Of a stretch of 52,792 bases of DNA, positions 45,271-52,792 are shown piece after piece. Position 1 is the stretch's first letter. Every line of letters begins with the position of its first letter. The notes under the pieces are model-generated. The model saw nothing but the letters and a program-made list of their open reading frames with translations, was not told the DNA's origin and did no database searches. The stretch comes from Folioceros fuciformis. Taxonomy: Eukaryota. The position numbers and the translations under genes were made by a program. The stretch spans positions 82,040 through 134,831 of the forward strand of contig JBNGIO010005929.1 in NCBI GenBank assembly GCA_049999805.1. Reading direction: 5' to 3'.

Positions 45271-47217
45271 ATGACTGCGAGTGAGGAGCAGATTGGCGAG
45301 TTAGCAATGGTGACTACGAGTGAGGAACAGAGTGGCGAGTCAGCAATTGTGACTCCCAATGGCATGTCAGGAATTGTGACCACCATCTATGACGATGAGG
45401 AATTTGAGGGAGATTTTTTTGCCTCAAGCGATCTGAAGAAATGGATTCAGAGGCAAGCAGAAGTTGAAGAATCCGCCCAGAATGCCGCGTGGCAAGCTAG
45501 AGCACAAAATTTGATGAATGGCTGGCTGGATGGTACACAAGAGGTAGGGCATAAGGCAGCAAAAGTGCTTTTCACAGGTACCCGAGATGAGAATGACATT
45601 TCAAAGTCGGGACGACTTAGCCCCTTGGTGCGGGTCTGGTTTTACATGAATGATTGGGTGGATTTAGATAGGGATCGTTTGAATGCTCTTGTGGCCACCA
45701 GCACACAAGATTCTCCAGTGAAGTTGGTTAATGATAGGTATAGTGCTTTACGTGGCACTTTTGGGTGGGCGGTTCGTCTGCAAGCTGTGGATCAAGATAA
45801 GCAGCTTACGTATGCTACTGGGTTCCCCATCTCCAAAACGGTTCTCATGTCCGCACTTCATGCTCGCATCAACATGGCAAGGCAAAGTTATAGTGCTTGG
45901 AGGGCATTGCCCCAAGAAGCTCCCTCTTATAGTTTTCACGAACCCGGGAGGCCCAAGTATTACTTAACAGGCATGAAGTGGCCAGAGTCCAACCTCGGTA
46001 CCATGTTGGACCCTATTACGAATGTTGAATATGATCTAACTCACTTAGCTAGTGTGGATGCCGCATCTTGGAGAATCACTAAGTCATCTAAGGGTTTTGA
46101 AGAGTTATCCTCGAAGCAATCTCTGCTGCATTCGTTTCACAATTTTTTTGTCCCAATGTGTGTTAGTATGGAATCTTGCAGCATGGCTTGCTGGATGCCT
46201 CAATACTCTGTGGTGTCCAACTTGAGAGGTTTTATCCAAGATATTCCACATATGCCAAATAATCAGTTACAAAGATTCTTTATGGACCATTGCAGTCTTA
46301 TACATGAAGAGATGCAACATACTATGACTTCTATGGGCAAATCTTTGAAGGAGATGGCACGAGGTGATGCTAGATGTCGAGCACATATTGTTGAGTGGCT
46401 ATCACTACTTACTAGGAGATTAATGGAAGCTACGAAGGATATTAGAGAAGGATCTGTGTATATAGGGATTGGAAAAGTTTTAGAGTACAACGGGAACATG
46501 CTTGCACACTCAGTAAGTACATTCATAGGTTCATCCGGTGCTCCATTGTCGCTGATTGAAGGGCCAGTTGGTTGTTACATTGGAGTTCAGAATGCTCCAG
46601 CAGCGGCATCGATGACTACAGACAAAAGATATAGTATATTACCTAGTCACAATCTTTGTACAAGTGCGGAAAACCCCCTTATTGGCCTTTTCTATTTTGA
46701 TAGTATGTTGGATGAGGTGCCACACCCGGATAGTGATGAGTGGAAAGGACGCTTGGAAGTCTTTTATCGTTTTCTAGAATATCGTTTGCCCTCTATCTTG
46801 ATAGAAAACAGATGCCATATATGGACCTCTCAACAAACTACGTGGATTGATCGACTCCTGCAACACATCGCACAAGACGGGACCTTGTTACAAAACTTCA
46901 ATGCAATTGGGAGCGACTCAGATACAGTTAGCCATGCTGACATATTAGAAGGATTATTGACAGCAGGCGTTCTGAGCATCTTGAGTAAGTGTCCTCGTAT
47001 TCTCGAAAGGCTCTTTTTTCAAGAGGATTGTGGTCCAGAAGTCTTACAGGTACATAACCTTGGATCTTTTGCTGCTTTTTGTGAACGCCATTTTGTTAAG
47101 ATCTTTGACTTTGAACTTAATGACTTGGGTCTACCCTTCAAGATTTCGACCTTGCCAAAGCTGTTGAAAATCATGAAGGTGTGTTCCCGGAGAGCGGATT
47201 TTATAGATAGTTTTTAG
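45271..47217 (+). CDS. Orphan 648-aa intronless protein with a trypsin-like serine protease domain
   Basis: ATGFPISKTVLMSALH (His), VDAASWRI (Asp) and LAHSVSTFIGSSGAPL..IGV (Ser) follow the Trypsin_2 motif pattern. The ORF is uninterrupted. Confidence 0.65.
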   Translation: MTASEEQIGELAMVTTSEEQSGESAIVTPNGMSGIVTTIYDDEEFEGDFFASSDLKKWIQRQAEVEESAQNAAWQARAQNLMNGWLDGTQEVGHKAAKVLFTGTRDENDISKSGRLSPLVRVWFYMNDWVDLDRDRLNALVATSTQDSPVKLVNDRYSALRGTFGWAVRLQAVDQDKQLTYATGFPISKTVLMSALHARINMARQSYSAWRALPQEAPSYSFHEPGRPKYYLTGMKWPESNLGTMLDPITNVEYDLTHLASVDAASWRITKSSKGFEELSSKQSLLHSFHNFFVPMCVSMESCSMACWMPQYSVVSNLRGFIQDIPHMPNNQLQRFFMDHCSLIHEEMQHTMTSMGKSLKEMARGDARCRAHIVEWLSLLTRRLMEATKDIREGSVYIGIGKVLEYNGNMLAHSVSTFIGSSGAPLSLIEGPVGCYIGVQNAPAAASMTTDKRYSILPSHNLCTSAENPLIGLFYFDSMLDEVPHPDSDEWKGRLEVFYRFLEYRLPSILIENRCHIWTSQQTTWIDRLLQHIAQDGTLLQNFNAIGSDSDTVSHADILEGLLTAGVLSILSKCPRILERLFFQEDCGPEVLQVHNLGSFAAFCERHFVKIFDFELNDLGLPFKISTLPKLLKIMKVCSRRADFIDSF

Positions 47218-47934
47218 TCTTTGTTAGTGGATTTGTGTCGGTCCGAAAATAAAGCATCAAAGTGTACCTCCGACGGCATAACGGACCTGTTTTCAAAGTA
47301 AGCAAACATCTTTTTCTCTCGATGTTTTTGACGGAATCGAGCCTTTCGGAGGAAAGCACATGCTGGACTTCACTGGACTGACGGGTAGCACATGCCGAAA
47401 TTCACTGGACGACGGACTGACAGTATGTCCGATTTGAACCGGGACTAGTATTCCGACAACACGCACATGAGGGGGCGTAACCGTCTCGAGCGGTTGCAGA
47501 CGTACTGAAGTCATCGAGCATGAAGTCTTAAACTTGTGAAGGCTGGCCTCATGCTCCACTCACCCTTCTCTCTCTCTCTCCCCTCCGCCCCCGAGTTTTC
47601 TCGCTCTGATTATCGTCTCTCCAGTCTCGCCGTGCTTCTTGATCTTGGTTGAATCAACGCGCTCATCTTCACCAGTAGGACCATTGCCCTCCATCATGTG
47701 TGATGAATGAAGATGGCATGGACCATGGTGAGTACACTATGATAAGAATACATGAGTGTCAATGCAATCGTACCCAAATCACATGAAGAGCTTTATAAAG
47801 AAGTGCTAATAGCACAAAGTAACAACAAAAGAGAGCTTGAAGATGGATAGTGATAAGCCTTTCCCACAAGCATAGAAGAACCTTTGATGTATGTTAGCAA
47901 GACCATCCTAATACAATACTAAAAAGCTAGAAAG

Positions 47935-48150
47935 ACTACTCTATGTACTTTGAACTACTCCAAATCTATTACTAAAATGTAGACTTTAGATTCTTCACTA
48001 GCTATAGGTATTACTGAACATGGAAGGATGCATGGATTCCACACTACTCTATGTACTTTGGACTACTCCAAATCTATTACTAAAATGTGGACTTCAGATT
48101 CTTGACTAGCTATAGGTATTACTGAACATGGAAGGATGCATGGATTCCAC
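47935..48150. repeat. 108-bp tandem duplication
   Basis: 47935-48042 and 48043-48150 are nearly identical. Confidence 0.9.
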
Positions 48151-48184
48151 AGCCCAGATCTCGTTTAATTCTCAATAAATAATT

Positions 48185-48685
48185 TCACACATTATACCTT
48201 GCTTTGAGTATTCCTAAGCACATAAAAGATAAGACCAATATTACCAAAAGGAATTTAATAATATATTTTTTATAGAAATAAAACATTGCAAATATACCGA
48301 ACATGAATAATAACCACACAATAATCATAAAGAACTTTATCCAAAGATCATCCTGATTACTTATCATATAAAACATAGCTGTGTCATCATGATTATAATC
48401 GTTGTGATGATGATGATTGTAATGATGATAATGATTATCATCATGAATTTTAATTTTGTCCACTGTCAAAATTAATCGTCTGCAAATAGGACATGTTGGG
48501 TGTAGAGTGATCAACCATGGTTTAAGACACTTCTTGTGAAAGGAGTGGGAGCATCCATCCACTTGCATGGTCTCTTGATGTTTTTCTATATCATCCAAAC
48601 AAATACCGCATTTCATGACTTCCTCGGCACTATAGATCTTTGTTGTCACATTGCCTAATTCTGAACCGGGCTTGATGAGATCCAT
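48185..48685 (-). CDS. RING-H2 zinc finger protein with His/Asn-rich linker and two C-terminal TM helices
   Basis: CGIC..CSHSFH..C..W....CPIC gives a C3H2C3 pattern. Hydrophobic segments LWIKFFMIIVWLLFMFGIFAMFYF and IIKFLLVILVLSFMCLGIL. Confidence 0.8.
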   Translation of the reverse strand: MDLIKPGSELGNVTTKIYSAEEVMKCGICLDDIEKHQETMQVDGCSHSFHKKCLKPWLITLHPTCPICRRLILTVDKIKIHDDNHYHHYNHHHHNDYNHDDTAMFYMISNQDDLWIKFFMIIVWLLFMFGIFAMFYFYKKYIIKFLLVILVLSFMCLGILKARYNV

Positions 48686-49799
48686 ATTTGCTTCAAACTT
48701 GAATTCCTTTGAGCCAAGTTGTTTGATGTAGTTTGTTGTGTAGTACTCTCAATAATTTAACATATATTGTCTAACATTGGACTTGAACATATATAGTAGT
48801 GTATTTAAGTGAATAGTGAGACTAATGTAAGTTTTTCTCAGTGGATGTGACTAATTAAACTATAATGTTGTTTTATGGTGAGTCGAAGCTTAAGGAGATT
48901 ATTATGTTGTGTGATATTGTGGAGGTGAGATTATTTTGTGATGAAGTAGCTTGAGATGGGAAGAGCAGGGACGTGGGATATAAGAGGAATAAATCTCAAG
49001 AAACATTGAAATACGTAGCAGCCTTTGGACTAAGTGAGTTTGTTTTCCCTACTCCAGCTAGCTCTTAGAATGTCTATCTAGTGTAAGCTAACAAACAACA
49101 CAAACCTAGTGCTCCCGATGCTGCAATCATGTTTATCTGTGTGTGACCTAGCCTGAAGGTATACAACAATTTTGTTTTTCAAAAGGCAATTTTGTTTTTC
49201 AAAAGTGGATGAAGCTCTTGTTGAAATTTAAGTATGGGCTACCTTCAACATGAACCTCTTCTTCTTCTCTCACGATGTGGAATGGAGTTTATGGCCGACC
49301 AACATAGCCCAGCTTGACCAACTCATTAACGAGGGCTCTGCCATTAGTGTTTGTTAGAGAAGGTGTGCATGAATCCCTAGCTAGAGCCTTGGCAAGGAGG
49401 TTCTGCAACTCCAAAGTTTTAGCCTTGGCAAACTTGAGTAGCTCATCAAGCTTGTCACACTTCTTCACTATCAACAGGGGGGTGGCTAATTTGGGCCCTA
49501 TCCGCCTTCATCGGCTAACAATCGTTCTTCAAACTTTCCTCTTTGCTAATGGTACTCCTCTCTAGCGACTCCCCTCTAAGTCTCTGCTGGCTTTTCAAGG
49601 CTCCGTTGCACTTCCATGCCTTGGTGCCCCACAGAGCTGCTCCAATAGCGATGGCTATTCCCAGTGTGATTAATGCGAGGGGGCCAAGTATTCTCATATT
49701 TTCCTAGTCTTCTCGTGTGTCTTTCTTATGAAGCTTAAGCGACGAGCACAATCTCCGTGTGTGTGTCTATTAATTCCTCTTCGTTAACTTGTTTGATTA

Positions 49800-49977
49800 G
49801 GAGGGGGTGTTAGGGTTTATGTTTAACCCTAGTTAGTTAACCTCACAGGTTATTTAGTTTATTTGAGCTAGGGTTACCTCTACATACTTTATAAGACAGT
49901 TTATTATGCACTTTATTTTTCCAAAACTCACATATACAACACCTTGTGCATCTTGAGCTATCTATCATTTTCTCAAC
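49800..49977 (+). mobile_element. Possible short LTR preceded by a polypurine tract
   Basis: GGAGGGGG|TGTTAG start, AT-rich body with TATAA, ending ..CTCAAC at the junction with the PPR fragment. Confidence 0.35.
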
Positions 49978-50435
49978 TTGTTGGAGAGACATAAATTTCA
50001 CCAAATCAGGTTTGGCAATTCCTTCTTCTTGCGTAGTACTGTAGAGATGAAGGGCTTCCTAGCCCATGGCTTGCTGAGAATACCTTGCTATCATGGCATT
50101 CCACGTCCCCACATCTCTTTTTGGACCAAGTCCATCAAACATCCTTTAAGCATCTTCCAGGCTTCTACACTTTGCATACATGTTGACCAAACTGTTGGCT
50201 ACAATAACATCACCTTCATATCCTTGTTTTCTGATTTGTGCATGGAGTTGCTTGCCCTTCTCCAAGCTGGGATGCCGACATTCCCACATGCATGTAGCAG
50301 GCACACAAATGTCAAAGAATCGGGTACTATAACACCTCCTTCTTGCATAAAACTATAGAGGCATAGAACCTTGTGCACCTTGCCCTATTGGGCATAGCCT
50401 ACTAGGATGGTAGTCCAAGTCACCTCCTTCTTCTA
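49978..50435 (-). pseudogene. PPR gene fragment closely paralogous to ~37905-38365
   Basis: Collinear, high-identity match to the PPR gene in this window. In-frame stop (ATG GGC TAG) and a 1-nt deletion (CTCCAAAGCT -> CTCCAAGCT). Confidence 0.9.
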
Positions 50436-50849
50436 ATTCTTTTGGTTTCATGACATGTCGTGAAACCAAAATCGAGGGTGCTTTCTTTTCATACCCTTTT
50501 GCATATCCAACTCTATCTTAAAGTTTCTCCGTTTTGATGGTTGTTCTAACAACATATCATCCATGTCTTGGAACCAAAACTTACCACCGCTTTCCATGTG
50601 GCTGAAACAAAACCAAAACTACTAAAAACAGGGCAGTCCGCTTTTGGAGGGAGGAAAGATTCCCCAATTAGTTTTGGCCCTCCCCAACCCTCCTTTCTGG
50701 TTTTCGCGCCAACATTTGGCATCCTTACAGGCTATTGGCAGTGCCTTTCACCGGTACATCCCGTCACTTTGTAGAGTAGCCACATTGTTTTTTCTCCATT
50801 GCAAAGATTGTCACGGTGTCATGTAGCATACTGAAGGTACAGAATCAAC

Positions 50850-51850
50850 AATGGCATTCAATCAGCCCTTGGTTCTCGATTCCCAGCAACTTCCTCTTCA
50901 ATCACATCAATTTTTTTTTGCCTTTGTCTCAACAGCATCACGCTGAGAGGTCTCCATTGCCTTCTGTAGTTCCACATACACCTCCTCCTCCCTTTGCTCT
51001 ATTGCCTCCACCTCCACCAACATGAATGTCTTGGAAAAACGACGATTGCCTCGTGCTTCAAGCAGTTGTGAGAATTGAAGAAGAGAAACGGGCATTTGGT
51101 GGTGTAAAGGAGAAGATGAAGTCCGCAACGGTGAGGTGGGATGCTATAGCTGATTATTGTGTGAAGCATGGCACCAATGCTTCTCTTGACCAGTGCAGAT
51201 CCAAGTGGGAACTATTACGGCAACAATGGAACAAGATTTTTGACTATAGTCGGCATGGAATGCGAAGTGGTCACTCAGACTATTGAAGAATGTCTTCATC
51301 CAATACGAAAGAAAAAAAATTGCATGTGGACTTCAACCAAGAATTGTATGAAACCATTGCAGCCTGGATGGTGGTTGTGAACTCAACTATTGACCCTCCA
51401 GATGATATGATTGTCGACTCCAATTTTTTGCAGACTCCAGGTACTTCAAGTTGCTCAACAATACCTACTGAGTCAGGCTTCGATTCTCAACCAGATGTTT
51501 CAAGTGAGCCCACGGAGGAGGCATCAAAAGCTCCAATAGATCCCCAACAATGGACAACAGAGAGGATTAAGCGCAGAAAATTAAAGGAGAAAGCTGTTGA
51601 TACCACATTGTCTACAATGATTGAATCATTTGTCCAAGCTCTCAGTGTTGTTGAAGACAAGAGAGGCATATGTCATATTGAGAGTATGCAGCTGGATACA
51701 AGGAAGCATGAAGAGTTGTTGCAGTGCAACAAGGACATGGTTCACATGCTGAACAATATGGTAGAAGTTAATAAAGAAATAGGGCTTGGTTTCGTTGCAG
51801 CTCTAGGGAAAATTGGAGACGGCCTTCTCAAGCTTAGTGATAAACTGTGA
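50850..51850 (+). pseudogene. Trihelix/Myb-SANT (Harbinger ORF1-like) pseudogene
   Basis: RWDAIADYC..G..ASLDQCRSKWELL..WNKIFDY..DY*RMS..KEKKL..DFNQELY, with TGA at 51284-51286 in place of a conserved Trp. The 5' part is frameshifted. Confidence 0.75.
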
Positions 51851-51974
51851 TATGTTGATTGTAGTTTGTAGAATGAGTTATGAAAATTGAAGACGTGTTG
51901 AAGTAAGTTATGGAATCAAACAAAGTAAAGGACCATGTTGCATGATTCATATAATGGCAAATCTTTATAAATTC

Positions 51975-52276
51975 GTATCTCCCTACAAATGCAACGAAAC
52001 TCAACAAATGTATACTTAGAACGCTCTTGTCAAGAGCTACAAGGTGGTACACAAATCATTGTAATACAAGGTGTACACAAAGAGTTACGAGCACTGAACA
52101 ATGCAGGAACCACTTTGCATGATGCATGTCATAGCAACTCTTTAAAATTACGTACCTCCCTTCAAATGCAACAAAACTCAAGGAATGTACACTTGTTAGA
52201 AAGCCCTTGTCAAGATCTACACAGTGGTACAAAAATCATTGTAATACAAGGTGTACACAGAGAGTTACAAGCACTG
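51975..52276. repeat. ~120 bp direct duplication inside the TIR element
   Basis: 51975-52096 resembles 52151-52276. Confidence 0.75.
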
Positions 52277-52512
52277 GAAAGGAGGGTTGGGGAGGGCCAA
52301 AACTAATTGGGAATCTTTCCTCCTTCCAAAAGCGGACTGCCCTGTTTTTAGTACTTTTAGTTTTGTTTTAGTCACATGTGTTTCAGTTACATGGAAAGGT
52401 GTTTTAAATATCTAATATATAAAATACATATTAAAGTAATATAAATCTATAATTATGGTTGACCTTTTACTACAAGGATCTTAAACAATTAAACTACTGT
52501 AAGGGAGTGAAT

Positions 52513-52611
52513 ACTGATTGATCTTCCTAGATCTTGTGGGCGCCGTATTCACTGATTGAATCTTGTGGGCGCCGTATTCTCTGATTGATCTTCCTAGATC
52601 TTGTGGGCGCC
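52513..52611. repeat. Short tandem repeat (CTGATTGATCTTCCTAGATCTTGTGGGCGCC), ~3 copies
   Basis: Visible head-to-tail copies, one internally deleted. Confidence 0.75.
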
Positions 52612-52792
52612 GCCTTCAGAGGTTGCTTCCTTGGCCTTTCCTTCCACTGACCCGCTGTCAATCTGGCTCGTCTTCTGGACAGTCACTGTTATTCCGCCTG
52701 CGCCTAAACCCTAAACCCCAAAGCGCGGGGGAGGGAATTGCTGGAGCGGGGCTAGAGCAAGATTGGGACGGGCGCGCTGGGTAGGGGGAGAG

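Larger units (their letters stand above)
50585..52401. mobile_element. Non-autonomous DNA transposon with ~115-bp terminal inverted repeats, carrying a Myb/SANT gene
   Basis: 50585-50700 is the reverse complement of 52274-52401 (core CAGGGCAGTCCGCTTTTGGA..AATTAGTTTTGGCCCTCCCCAACCCTCCTTTC). No TSD resolved. Confidence 0.8.

Noticed and set aside
49289-49697. Two short minus-strand ORFs (TM then coiled-coil-like)
   Set aside because: Frame-disrupted with no identifiable family; probably decayed TE or pseudogene sequence.
52704-52718. CCTAAACCCTAAACCC telomere-like motif
   Set aside because: Only about two units; at most a telo-box promoter motif, not a telomere.

Overview
This is eukaryotic nuclear DNA from a land plant, inferred to be a hornwort-like bryophyte. 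The inference rests on very high gene density, ~80-135 nt introns and a PLS-class PPR gene with the 'WW'-type PG box. Positions ~1-40 kb are gene-dense. They hold a RAY1-like glycosyltransferase, a P4-ATPase flippase, PRDA1, a tRNA isopentenyltransferase, a RhoGAP, a CA1P phosphatase, an acylphosphatase, an atypical pantothenate kinase, a Dcd1/acid-ceramidase-like Ntn hydrolase, an MTA nucleosidase, a secreted beta-helix protein, a Harbinger Myb/SANT + nuclease pair and a large PPR gene. Positions ~40.2-52.8 kb are an AT-richer, decayed TE island. It holds a solo LTR with a TSD, a copia 3' end, minisatellites, a PPR pseudogene fragment and a TIR-flanked Myb pseudogene, yet also two intact, intronless orphan ORFs: a trypsin-like serine protease and a RING-H2/2-TM protein. 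The best candidates for novelty are (1) the Harbinger pair, with no TIRs found and a DDE->DDQ nuclease (possible domestication), (2) the orphan trypsin-like protease, and (3) the non-plant-type PanK and Dcd1-like genes. All family calls are by motif recall; no database searches were run.
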